Shown piece by piece: positions 11,887-25,700 of a DNA stretch of 64,000 bases; the stretch's first letter is position 1, and each line of letters starts with the position of its first letter. This DNA comes from Lingula anatina (Eukaryota; Animalia; Brachiopoda), in contig CM120640.1 of the NCBI GenBank assembly GCA_051362555.1, positions 65,760,788 to 65,824,787 of the forward strand, read 5' to 3'. The notes under the pieces were generated by a model that was not told where the DNA came from, did not search any database, and saw nothing but the letters and a program-made list of their open reading frames with translations. Both the position numbers and the translations under genes were made by a program.

Positions 11887-14684
11887 TTACTTCATATTTG
11901 TCTCATTGTTGACTGGAAGTGGAGCAGTTAACTCTGTGTATTTCATTGTCTTGGCCATTGGCAAGATTTCATCATCTAACTGATGCTCTACCAACATGAG
12001 AGGGAATACAAAATACATTGAGTTCAGATATAAGGCTTAGTTGAAACAGACTGAAATTATTAATATCCTGAGTGATTGCTACATTTGTGATGTTTGTATA
12101 GACAATATATATACATTTTGCTTCTTCGTTTTGTTATGCTTTTTAACGACAGTCTTACATGAGGCATATCACATAAAATATTTAAGAAATGATTAATTGT
12201 TAGTGCTCAAGTAGGAGTGAAGGAGCTGTAATTAGTGGAGGCGTTCTGTGTAGAAAGTTCGCTTTCCGCAGACAGGAGCAGTAAGTCTGCCATAGATTCA
12301 TCCCGTGCTTTTACTGTCATTGTGATGTTTACCTAGGGAGGGTCAGCCTGGTACAGCATGGATTTTCACTTCATATTTTTGGATTTCAGTTTGGACAGAT
12401 GTGCTGACTTACACCACCAAGAGCTATTGACACAAAACTCCCTCTACTGTGAATTTATGAATTTGATCTGTCTATGGGTTAATTACACCACAGCCAAGCA
12501 GTCTGGCAGTTATTATAGATTTTTAGGGGCATTACCTCTGTCCTTTTTTGTATGTATGTCTGAGATACATAAATTTAGTTTTACACTGGACTACTTTCAA
12601 TTTATGCTCATATGTTTTGATCAGCCTTTCTTTTCATGGTAACCCTCTAGCTCAGTATGGCAGACTTGTATTTCATAACTAATGGTACAGATTTGTTCAT
12701 TTTTCTCAGCCCTGTGTGCACTAGTCAAATTTAATGGAACTATTTAATTTGATTGATTGTTCGCTACACTGTTTAATGTATTTAACTTAAGTGTGCCCTT
12801 TCCTGTACTCCATAAAGCTCAAACACTGTGGCTTTTCCGAATAGTCTATGGCTTTTCCAGTGTGCAGTTTTGTAGAACATTTTTTCACTCCTGTGGTATT
12901 GCAACTGTGCATTTCAGTAACTTATAGTGAGACATATTCCCAGCTGTAGGCCAAATGTGGATAGATAGATTACTTACAGTGTTTTCTTAAAAGATGGCTT
13001 GAAACCTTCATGATTTACCTGCTGAATAATAGGATTGATTTCAGATTGTGTACAAAAATAAGCTTATTAAAAAGTCTTACAGTAGTCTTATATTACTTGA
13101 AATAGGTTCAGGTTTTCATGTTTTTTGTTCATGGAACAGATAAAAAGATAGATGATATAAGGCAGAATTTACAGAAGCATGAATTAAGACAGAGGTTGTT
13201 CAGCTTTAAGATGTTTATAAAATTGATAGCCCATGCCCTTTCAAATTACTTTTTAAATGAGAATTTAATCATCTACCTTATGACCCTTTTTTAAGAAACT
13301 GGCGTTAAGATGTTTTGCCTTGCCTTCATAATTAGTTGAAAAGTTTAGATCAAGAATTTTTTAAATGAGTTTTTCTTGAGCACATGGTGCTGGCTTATGA
13401 TTAATCAAGTTTAGTTATGTTTACTTACTGAGGGGAACTTCTCCGGTGACAGTTAAGCTATATTGTTTTGTTTTCAACCTAAGTAAGTATAAGTACTGAA
13501 GCAATGTTTCTTTCAGATATTAACCTGTATTTTTTTCAAGGTTTTTGTTTAAGGAATACTTTGGGAGGAATAACTATTAAGGTATGCTCCTCAGCACTAT
13601 ATTGATCAAGAAACTAGCAGATACCATATATAGAAAATGCCAATTGTTCTAGCAGAATCACGACAGCTGTTTTTTAAGATGCGTATCAATTAAAATGTCA
13701 ACAGGCATAGTTGATGCTTGTTAGTCACCTTAAGATCAGTGAAGGATAGCTTACAGGTGGTTATATGGCTTGAAGAGACAGTTTAGTGAAGACATGTAGG
13801 CCTGTTGAGGACATTTGTATGACACTCTTGGCTGGTATGTGGATGGGTAACATTGAGAAGCTGGGTTACTGACTGAGATCTGATAGTAAGGTGCCCTTTC
13901 ACACCTCACCTGGTCAGATTCTCATGACAGGTTTTGTTGTCTGCACTAGGAACATGTATCTGTGGTCATGCTAGTGCACAGCTTCCTATGGGTGGTGATG
14001 TGTGATGGTAGGTGGACTAATGGACATGGGTGTTCATACAAGGACAAGAAGGTCTCTGTCATATCTTGACAAAAAACTTAAAGAGATGAATGAACTAGCA
14101 CATTTGAAGCTATATACTATAGTTATTGTGAAACACTGTGAGAATTTATATTAGCATCCATCATTCATGGTCATGCAACAATGTATTAGTTGTGCCACAA
14201 ATAGAAGTGTCAGCTCAAGGTTTTAAGCTCTACTTGTTAATATGACATATTGGAGGGTATGGTCAGCCAGTTTTGTTGTTAGTGGTAAATTATATAATTC
14301 TTAGTGACATGTACTGGATGTCTGTTGCTTTGTTTATTGATTTCTATATAGTAATGACAGTTGAAAAAAGCTTTGGTTTCTGATAATTACTCGGATAATT
14401 AAGAGGAAATTAGTTTTATAGGTTAATATGTGAAGTAGAAAGAATGATAATTTATATTATGTGTTTCTTTTCTTTCTTTCAGCAGGACCAGTTTTGCTAA
14501 GACAAGAGTGGGTATTTAATGTGGTGCATTCTGGTGAATCAAATCACCTATTTGACAGCAGTTCACTGAATCTTGGAATTTTAGAGTACACCTGTAAAGA
14601 AGAGTAGTATACAACGAAATCGTTGCGGGAAAGACATTGCAGGATAACTGTGACACCAAGCAGTGCAGGATTACCCTTTGATGT

Positions 14685-14805
14685 CTAGCAGTACAGGTTA
14701 AAACCTTATAGTACAGGATAACAACAAATAGTACAGGATAACACCTAGTAATACAGGATAACACCTAGCAGTACAGGATAACACCTAGCAGTACAGGATA
14801 ACACT
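14685..14805 (+). repeat. 20-bp minisatellite (GTACAGGATAACACCTAGCA) x~6 in the 5' UTR part of the first coding liprin-beta exon
   Basis: Units start at 14691, 14711, 14731, 14751, 14771 and 14791. Confidence 0.9.
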
Positions 14806-14896
14806 GACATCAGGGGACACCTATATTGCAGACAGTGGAGACATCTGGCAGACCGGAGTGGCACCCGGCAGTGTAGTGTGAAGTGTGTCTCACAAG

Positions 14897-15033
14897 ATGG
14901 CTGCTGATCAGCAACCAGAGGATGTCAATGATGTTCTTGCACAGGCCCTGCAGGAGATGGATGGGATAATAAGGGGTTGGTAGTAAATTAAATCATAATT
15001 GGTCTGTTACAGCCCTCCAACCTCTCTCCCTCC

Positions 15034-15097
<64 letters not shown>

Positions 15098-16716
15098 GTA
15101 AATACGTATTAGGACCAGACTAATTGTTTTGATACAGGTGCCTGTACCACAAGTTGTGAAAAGGATTGAAGTTTTAAAATCATAAAAAAATTTACTGACC
15201 ATCACTGTTGAGTTCCAAATAAAAAAAATGTATATGTACATTCTCAAGTATTTAGAAAAACCATCAGTGAAAATCACATGATTTGTCTCTTTAGATCACC
15301 AAGATGGAAGTTATTTTTTCACATGATATGTAATGGCAATTTGTACTAAGATTTGTTGCATTATCTTATATTAGAAGCAAGATAGCAACTCATCTCTTTA
15401 GAGATGTAGATGATTAAGAAGTTAAATATCAAATGATTACATTTAGCATCTTGCAGGCAGAGCTAGTTGTTTCCTGGGCAGATAATGAATGTGAAGTCAG
15501 ATAATTATAGGAGGCATGCAATAAGATGGATGACTGATGAAACAAACCCCATGATACTTAAATTGATAACATTTACAATGGAGCCAGTATTTAATGTGGC
15601 ATCTTTAGAGGGTTTGATAACAATTTTTCAACTTTCTTTTTTAGTAGTAGTATGGCATAGTTCTAAATAATGTAGGTGTTATTTAGCAAGGTTTTTGTAC
15701 TAGGGAACTAGGCAAAATTAGTCATTTATCCGAAGTATCCATTTGTTTTAAAGTAAAATAATGAGGCTCGTTCTCAATGAAACTATAGTTCTACGTAGAC
15801 TTACCCAACTTCACATGGACTCTCACTGAATGCAGTCAGATTAACAAATTTAAATTAACGCAGCCTCCTTGTTTGGGGTAGAGTACAGAAAAGCTGCTTA
15901 TTTTCAAGTACATTTGAAACAGGAGGAGGCATATTAAATTGTTAAACCAATTGCGTTCAGCGAGAGTCCCCATGAAGTTGGATCAATCTACAAAGAACAA
16001 TTTTATTGGGAATGAGACCATAGACACAAGACTGTGGTGAAAATAAGGTAAAAAGAAATGGGTTTATCCTTTGTTAAGTCAACTTAATGTCCCATGAGAT
16101 GCTTTAACCTTTTGTAAATATAATCATGAAGAACATAATAGAACTGCAGCAGCTGTGGTTGAAGCCCTTTAAACAATGAAACCTTTTTGTCCAGATCTCT
16201 TCAGCTATGTCTTATATTGCAGTCTTCTTATTGCTTAAACACAGAAACTGTTTTATGAGATTCTCTTTCATACCATTTAGCAGTCCAAGCTCTCTCTGGT
16301 GTGACATGGGCATATCCTTGCATGTCCACGGAAACTTACTGAAAATCAGGAAAACATTTTTAACAGACACCAGTAATTTATAATACACTTATACATTTTA
16401 AAAAACTATAGCATTTTTCCTCCTACTTTATATTTGATGGCTGAAATAAGTTGCACAAATTCTGCTGTACTTAATTTTCTCTCAGGACATGTAGGCAGTA
16501 GTAAGTAGAATTCCACATTTCATAAGCATTTGCGTGATAAGCTTAATTGACAGATCACGAAATAATAGCTTTCCTATTTGTAAGAAATAGCTTTTTTGCA
16601 GATTTCTTTTGCTGTGGAATCATTTTAAACCAATTGATTATCAGTTGCAGTCTTACATAATAATCATTATTAATAATATTAATAATTATTATTTAATTAA
16701 TTGATTTTGTTAATAA

Positions 16717-16763
<47 letters not shown>

Positions 16764-19700
16764 GCATGTACATGAAATATTCCTTAAACATAGAAATTGA
16801 AGTGCTATCTTAATAAAACAGTGTGTCAGATATACACCACTTAACCTTAATAATATGAAATTTGTTTGTTTTTTTTTAATGCTTCTAGAGTCTGGTTTAG
16901 ACATAGACTTTAACGCCATCAATGGATATGAAGAAAATCCGACCAAGCTATCTTTGTCACAAAGACGGAATTCACGAGCTTTACAGCTTGTAGAAGATCT
17001 CAGAGACTTATTAGAGACATCTATTGACAAATCAAAGATCTTGGAGGACCTTCCTATTGCAACAGTGATGTTTCTGAAGTCTTGGTTTGATGGACAGAAG
17101 GAACCAGAAACTAAGGTAAAACCTAGTTAACTCTAAGATCTATAAGAAGTATAATACCTAGTCTTGGAATTGTTAGAATGCTGGGTTGAGCCCTGCATTC
17201 TCTTTCAAAGATACGTATTTTGGGGGGGGGGGGGGGGATGTAAAAGGATGTATATAGTTACATTGTGATTGATTTTTCAGTAAAGTTTGGTATTATTGGT
17301 TTGTGTAGAATATTACTAGAAGTGCAGTTTTGTCAAATATGTAACCTCAGAGAAGACACATTAGGGGTGCCTAACATGTTTTAGTTTTTAAATGCCCAGT
17401 TCTGATTGTTACCTATAATTTGTGTCTTTACAAAAACATCCCAGCCCTGGATTTTTTTTTTTTTGTCCAAGCTCTTCTGAAATTAGATTAGTTTTTTGTT
17501 TTATTATGAGATTTCACTTATGTAGCATCAGGCTCATTTTGGAATTTATGAGAAAAATCTTTTCACTTTATATCATATGTTCTATCAGATATACAAGGAA
17601 AGGGATTGACATTGTTGTTGCATCATGTATATAAAAAAATAACATGGTTCAAACAGTTGCATAATGTATTTGTTCTAGGGACTGTTTACGTGAGCTTTTT
17701 AAGAAGTTATACATGTGGGCTTTAAGAATTATTATCTGATGAGGTCGTCTGAATATAGCAGCATTTAGATCATCAAAATGCTTGTTGGTAGCAGATTGTT
17801 CTCTGTGGAAAAAGAGATGAGATTGAAGCAATCACAGATGCAGTTGTGTTAGGTGAGATGTGTCACCTGTACTGCAATGCTGCATTCTCCAACCCTGGCA
17901 GAATCATTTCCCCTCAAGTCCTTAATTATACTTGTTTCATGTTGATGGATGTTTGTAGGAAGAAGTTAGAAATGAATAATATGAAATCCTTATGACAGCT
18001 CGCAATTGATCTTGACAGGTAATACTTTTTATCATTAAGAAATACACAATTTTAAGTAAAAGGTTGTAACAGAAGCTTATTGTTCTGAAGAAAGCTATAT
18101 TGAGTGATGGAGTTTAGAAGGAAATGAAAAAGCTGCACACTCCTCAGTGTATTGAATTTGGTATTCACATTAATGACAGTCTAAGAAAGTTTACATTTGG
18201 CGCAAGAAAGCCCCGTGTTCATTGATGACTATTTTGAGAATCACTTAGTAGCTACAGTTTAACTTAAAGCATAAACCGTGCTTTCACAGAAAGGATATTG
18301 TTTCACTTTTGCGTCAGAGCAGACAATCATATTGTTTCAGGTAACTAGTGGGCTATCCACTTAAGAAACACATTCATATTTCATAAAGCATTTAATTGTA
18401 TCTATTTTGATTTTAATGTGAGAATAGTGTTTCATCTTAAAGATAAATAGGAATTAACATCATCGTCTCCCTTTCATCCATAGCTATTGGGCTATAAGGT
18501 GGGAGCATCTCATATTTTGGTCCATATTTAGTATTCAAGATTTATGCACAGCAGTTGACTATCAGAGAGATAGGTGAACAGATGCCTGGCACACACCTTA
18601 GGTTTAGATGGAGCTATTTCTGCGGTAAATTAGCCAATCTAGCATTCCATCTGTATAGACAATTTAAAATGTTTATAAGATATTTAAAGGCCATCGGCAG
18701 ATATGCTTTCCTTCCATTTACTCTTAGTTTATGCCTGTGAGATTGGTGGAGGTGATGAAAAAAAGTCCACTGCAAAGTCGCCCTTCTATAGGCTTGCAGT
18801 AATTATTCTGTTATTTTCAACACATGTTTTATGTTGATCTACTGGGGCATTAGTTTGTAGCATCCTCTCTCTCTCATCCGGTACAGTTTTCATGTTGCAA
18901 GCAATATAAGAAAAGTGCTTGATGGGCTGATGCTATTAGGGAGCAGGGGGGAAAATTGGACTAAGGCACTGATTGATCATTACGTGTTCTTTTTGAGAAA
19001 AAAAAAGGAAATTGGAAGATATCTGTTGGCACCTAGGGATCCTCAGTTGGAAAGATTTAGATAATATTTCCCAGAAGAAAGACAATTTGCTAGAGCTTGG
19101 ATAAGCATTTTCCTACCAGTATGGATAAGATGGATGAGGACTATCAGTATTACATGCATTACTATAACACTTTGCCAAGACGAAGAAAAAGGCATGGGGT
19201 ATGTACATTCATTTCTGAGATATAGCATAGGGATCTTTATCAAGATAATTTAGCTTGAAAGTTTTTTTTAATGAAATGTTGTAGGATCAAGTTCACATAT
19301 CAGTCTTGTAACTGGAATATAAAGATATAGATACAAAGACCTGGAACTGTTTAGCCAGTAAACTGATAGTTATTCAGTATATTTCAAGGTGTAGTTTTTC
19401 ATGACCAAAAAATTAAAAACTTTCAAGAAATAAAAGTTGTTATAGATTTAGCAACTGGAAAAAAATGAGGGCAGATTAATCATTATCCAACTATGGTTTT
19501 TCGTCCTGGTTTTCTGGTTTTAATCTTGTTATAATTCAGGTGTGTAATATATGGCAACAGGTTAGTGGTGAGTTTTAATCATATTTATATCTATTTAGAA
19601 TTGGATTTTTTGTTGTTTATATTAATGAAACATTTTGTGGGGGATATATTGCAATGTTACACAGTGATTTTGGATAAAATTAATAGTGTTGTATTCAGGA

Positions 19701-22700
19701 CTGTTTAAGTACTGCAGAAGTAGTAAAATGGGTTAAACAAGAATAATAAAATAGTGGAGTGGAAGAGCAGCAGGAAGATATTTTGAAAGCTGCAGGTCAT
19801 TAGTTGTTACAGGTACTTTACAGTGCAGCACAGCCACTAAAACCAGCTGCCAGGTGATTGCATTAGAATCTTCATAGCTTTCTTGTTAGATGCAAATTAA
19901 ACCTGGAGTCACCTGGAAACTTAGGAAACGCTGGGCTTCATCTTCTGTAGAAGTTAGCTTTCCTAGCTTTGGAATGAAGATGTTGTAAAGGGCCATTTGG
20001 TTCCATCTTCTAGTTGGCTTTAGTGCAAGTTTGGACAGACACATGGTGGCCACAGGAATGTGGTGTTAATGGTATTTTTAAAACTTTCAAAGAAAGTAGA
20101 TCACCAGTGACTCAACCTATCTCCTGGGGCCTCTTAAATACATCCCATCTGGCAGCATATGGTGCTGGTGGTCAGTGAGGTTTGGTATAAGTACCCACTT
20201 CATTAGCAAGCTTCTCATTTTAACAAGATTTTGAGGTATTTCTAAGATGGAGGTCCACTTGATTGTGGCAGCTGTGGAAGCAGTGTACTGGCAGCAAGTG
20301 GTAGGAAATTCAAATTTATAATTTTTTTTTTTTGTTTTGTCTTAAAAAATTTCATATTATATATTTGATCATTTATTTTTGTTAAAGAAATTAGTTTGCA
20401 GAAACATTGCTCTTTGCATCATGTTTGTAAGTTGTGATTTCTGTACGGCGTTGTGGTTGGTGAGATTGCAATATGTTGAAATGAAATGATCTTTTTTAAA
20501 ATGCAAAATGCACTTTGAGATGTCTTCAAGATGTTACAGTAATTACAGGTATATTGTCCATTTACAATGTTTCCCTACATTGGTCTGTGGCCTGCATATG
20601 TTAAATTTCCAGTGGTTCTCTGCCATCTTCAGCCAAAAGCGAATGTGTTAAATTGTAAATGAACTAGGTATAGTTTGTAATCCTTGAGATGATGTGATCA
20701 TTTGTTTGTAATTCTAGAAATCTAATGGTTATCCCTTCCTCTCAAATAATAAATTGGATATTGAAAAAGATAAAAAATATAAGTTTATTCTATATATAGT
20801 TATAAAATTGGTTGCTTTAGTTCATCTAAAGATGAGTTATTGGATTTTAATTTAGAAAATATTTTTAGAAAAATATTGTCCTGTTGGTCTTATTATCCCT
20901 ATTTCCAAATGAGACTGTATCAGCAGTGAAGGTTATCTTGCCATGATTGTGATGAAAATTAGTCTGGATTTTGCATCAGGTTCTGTATCTAATGTTTCTT
21001 TGTTTATTTCTTGTAGGCCAATGGTCAGCTCAGTCCAGCTGGAAACACTGAAGACACAGTGAGAGATCTTCACAGAGAGAAAGAAAATTTAGAATTGCAG
21101 GTTGGTGCTCTCACAGACCAAGTTGACATGCAGTCCGAGAAAATTCGTGAGCTGGAGAGGACCATATCCAATAACAAGGCAGCAGAAGGCAGACTACAGA
21201 ATGTGAGTTGTAACTGAATATTTTCAAAGTCCTAAGTCCCAAAGTATTTAAGAATGCAATAATGCTGTTCACTAATGAAACTAGAATAGTGGTGCAATTC
21301 AGGCATGAGAATTTGGCAAAATCCTTTTTTATCCAAATGTGTTTTTATGTTTTTTTAACATGAAAAATTTCATTAATTCTTGATATATTTTGATTGAAAC
21401 CCTTATCAGAACACGGTTTTGAAAGAATGTTTAGATATGCACCTTCAGGTTAATGAAAAGCCTTTATAGCTTCCCTGTCACTTTTATCTTTCTCTAATAG
21501 GAAATAATGTTATACCTTGGACAGCCTTTATGTGGCCATTCCAGTCTCAGAAACTTGCTGATTTATAGGCCCAACTCTTTTATGTCATGTAACTTCAGGC
21601 AAGAAGGTGTTGTGATTTGCCAAATTGATCTTAACTGCAATCCTTTTGAAAGCAAAAATTGATTGCCTGTTGCTTAGTTGTCCCAGAACTGGAGGAGAGT
21701 CAATAATTTTCATGGATTTAGGTCTTAACCTGTCCTGTTTGAGTTATTTTAGCATAAAAGGTGTTTGTGAAGTAATTTTTGTTTTTAGACTTGTTTTTAA
21801 TGTTGTGCTGTATCCAATGAATATCATTAGGACAGCACTGGTAGCCTTGTGTGGAGAATTTCTGAACAGTGTAATTTGATTGCCACAAGGTGCTTTCCAT
21901 GTACTCCAGGTATATTTTTTATCTCACATTGCTTATTAGCAGTCGTCAACTCCCTGGATGCAAACAGGCACTGTTAACAGAATTACACCCCCGCAAATTT
22001 CCAATCTGATTATATAGGCAGAAGATATTTCTGTAGAATGTTTTCAAAGGACACACTAACTAATATGTAATACTAGATAGAATGGGATTGATCCTTACAC
22101 TTTATTGTAAGTGTTGTCATGTTGGGACAGAAAAAGTTTGAATATGTAGGCTGAGCTATCTTCTTAACGAGAATTGACTTTTTTTTTTGCTGACACCTGA
22201 TTATATAAAAACAGAACGTAATTTTCTGCAATTTTGTGACTTAAACCTTTATTTCTTCACAGACAGTAAGCTTTTATGACTGTTAAATGTGCAAAGTTAT
22301 AGTTTAAGGTCAATTTTTTTTCTTTTTCAACCTTAATATGTGACGACAGTCCCCTATTTCTTCCTCTCTACATTCACATTTTTTCTTAGGGGCCTCGGAT
22401 GTTTTTTCACTTTTACATAATAAAAGCCTATCTTCAGTTGTGGTAATGGGAGCAGGGCATCAGTGTGCCCTTTGGCAAACTGGTGCTTGCATATTAATAA
22501 TGGGTGGAAAACATTTGGAAAATGGCCATTTGCTATTTTTGAAATGTATGGGTGCAAGTAACCCATCAGAGAGAAAATTAATCCAGAGAAAATTCACCAT
22601 TTTTGAAAATATTTTTGGCAATCGAGTCAAAGATTAAATCTTTAACATATGATTTACTTTTCTGTTTTTTAATGAACCATGTTTTATTGTGATAAAGACC

Positions 22701-25700
22701 TTAGGAAGGAAATGTTAAGATGGCTGGCTTTCCTGGTCATGTAAAAGACAAGACTGCCAGCTGTTAGCCCCACCTAATCAAGGTTTATTTTTAAAACCAA
22801 AGGATATCCAATGTCTTTGTCTTTACACTCTTACAAACAAAATGGTAAGGTACACTCACTCAGCAGGGATTATATACTTTGGCTAAGGATTTCATTTGAT
22901 TAAGAGTGGGAAATTACTAGCTCCCCGCTGATTGATAAGATTTCTCAGATGTTAACAAAAAGATCCAGTAGGAATTGTTGAAATGGTATTTGGTCATGGA
23001 ATGTTTGGAGTATTTTGGCAGATGGCAAATTGTTCTTTTAGCTGTGTAGGCAGACAATAGTGCAGTGGAGGCAAGGAGTCTGCAGGTTTCATAAAGAAAG
23101 TTTTTGAAAGTGGAAGAATCTAGGAGTAAAAGAAGTGTGACCATTGGGTGATTTCCTGGAGAAGAAAATTGTTCAAGTGTGAAGTTAAGGAAATCTAACA
23201 TTTTGTTTGTGGATAGTTGTATTCACGTTAGCCAAAAGCTGTTTGCATAGACAATGACATGCATATGTAAAAATTGGTTAATGACATGGCATATTTATGG
23301 TAATAATTTGATTTGAAGGTGCAACAGCTGATTTCTTCAAATGAGGGACTAGCTAGTGTGGATTTCTGTGAACGAAAGTGAGGAGTTCTGATAAATAGAG
23401 CTATTTAATCTAATCACATTAATTTGATGGAAGATAAATACTTGTTCACATGAACCAACAGACCTAGTTTTACTGGAATGCTAATTGGAAGAGTCAGATG
23501 GCAGAGCTGAAGGGTACTTGTTACAATCTATTGGGGCACTTGAAACCAGTATCACATGTGTCCTGTATTTTGGTACATTGATATTTGATGACACTGAAGA
23601 TAAAAAAGTGATAGCACCCCAAAAGCCTGGCATTAATACAGACTATCACAATAGGGCCTGTGCACATAAAACAAAGTTGGTGGAGAAATGGATTGGTATT
23701 CATGTGGTGTGTGTTAGTGTGTGACAGTGCCAGGCTGCCATTAGCCTGCAGCAGAATACAGTAGTCTCATTTAAAACTTCCTCTCTCACCAACCAATGCC
23801 AGGACCCAAGCTTTTTAATGACTGCAGTACATGCCGCTTGATAGACAGTTTACATACAGAGATTGCAGCAAAACTACAACAATTTATACCCTACATGCTG
23901 CCTGAGTGTCTGGTCCCCTTTGCCAGGCCAGAAGTTATTGACAGATACAGTAGCTACAGAGAGAGGAAAACCATAACAATAGCCTATTGTTTAACCTGAA
24001 GATCTGCATGGTCAGCATCAGTTGAATCCCTTCGAAACATTACACAAGGAGGAGTCAGGTTTCTGCCCTGGTGTATATAGGATCAACGGGATCAACCCAC
24101 TGGGCAGAGAAGTCAAGGATATTTAAAGTGGTAAGGAGGCGGTGAAAGGATATAGCTGAAAGTGGAGTTTCAAGGAGAAAGGTGAGGACACTTGAGGTTA
24201 AATGGTTCCTCGCATGAAAACACATCAGATTAGTGGTGCTTAATCTACCAAGGCATATCATCAGCTTGGGGCCTACCACTCCTTGGCTGGCTAGGCTGGC
24301 TACACAAGCAAGAACAACTTTCAACTTCTGGATGCAGAAACAGTGTTCTATGAAAGGGACAACATCATCTTAAGAAAGATCCATAGTTTATTCCAGGAAA
24401 GTTTAAGCCGTGTTGGATAACCTTGAGTCTCCACCTATGTCTCTCACTGACAAGCAGCAGCCATACATATATATCAAGTCTCTATGTGATGTGACGCGTG
24501 ACCAAGTCATACTTCTACTGCTACCATATATCACTGCAGTCACTTCAGACTTACAAGACTGGGACCATTTCAACTCAGCTGAATTTTTTATTTAGAAAAG
24601 CCTCAGGCTGAGAAGTAAACACATTGTTGTTGCAGTCTGCATGTTACCAGGTGATCCTATTACCTAGGCCAGACTGGATGTTATTGAGGTGTATCATCCT
24701 AGCTTGATACAGGAATAGAACACCCTCACTGAGTCAGGTTTACCTTCAGCACAGTCTACCTCTCTTCACCACAGAGCATCCAGCTTGCTGTTACTGCCTT
24801 AGCCATCCACCTCTGCTCTCTGCTTTGGTTCTTCATTACTAGGAATCTTCTAGGAACTTTCTGATAGTTGTTTTACTTTGGCAGAATATTTGACACAATG
24901 TTTCGGAGTTTTCGCAAGAAAAAGAAACAGAAGGCTGAGAAGGTAGGTGGTGTTAACATTGTAAGAACGTGTGCTACATTGGTGTGGTATGTATGGGATA
25001 CTCTATTATTACCTGTCTGTCAGGTAGAAATATCAGATTTTTTCTAGTTACACAAGATTCTAATATATATGTGTGTTTTCTGTTTGTCAATGAGGACAAC
25101 ATTTGATGTTTGATTAAGATGTAAAGTATGTGGTTTATTTAAAGAAGCATAATGAATTCATGATTTTGCTTTTAATGCCCAATCTCAGCTATTAGCATTT
25201 AACTGATTGCCTTTGAGTTAACACTCGCTGTCCTTGTCGACTGACCCACTGACCCTAGCCTATCAAGTCTCTGTGAAGAGTCTCCTAATTAAGCATTTTT
25301 TCACTCTTTGTCCTGTAGAAGTGCGCCATCAGCCATGGCTAACACATTAAGTCATTATTGAAATTAATGACGACAGGGAAAATCCATCATTTGCTAAAAT
25401 TTTAATTGCGCGCCTGTTCCTTTTCACTACAGAGCCTTTGTAGGACATTTTGATTTGCTGGAGGTGTAGTGTTTCCATGACATTGTAATAAAACATGTGT
25501 GTATATCGAAAGAGTTAAGTGAGATGATGAATGAAATTAATTGTCAAGTATTTCAATACATGCCTGTAGGTATTTACTAACAGGCTAGATAACAGTCTTA
25601 TCATTTTGTGTTGTCGTGTTTTTTATTTTAGAGTGATAGAAGGGGGAATAAGGTAAAATGCATTTTTTCTTCTTTGTTTTGTCTGTAAAGCAATTGCATT

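Noticed and set aside
4000-14400. Short ORFs in the ORF track across this interval and other introns
   Set aside because: They show no recognisable motifs or coherent splice structure, consistent with random ORFs in AT-rich intron DNA.
14685-14810. CRISPR-like array
   Set aside because: The units are contiguous 20-mers with no unique spacers, in a eukaryotic gene; this is a minisatellite.
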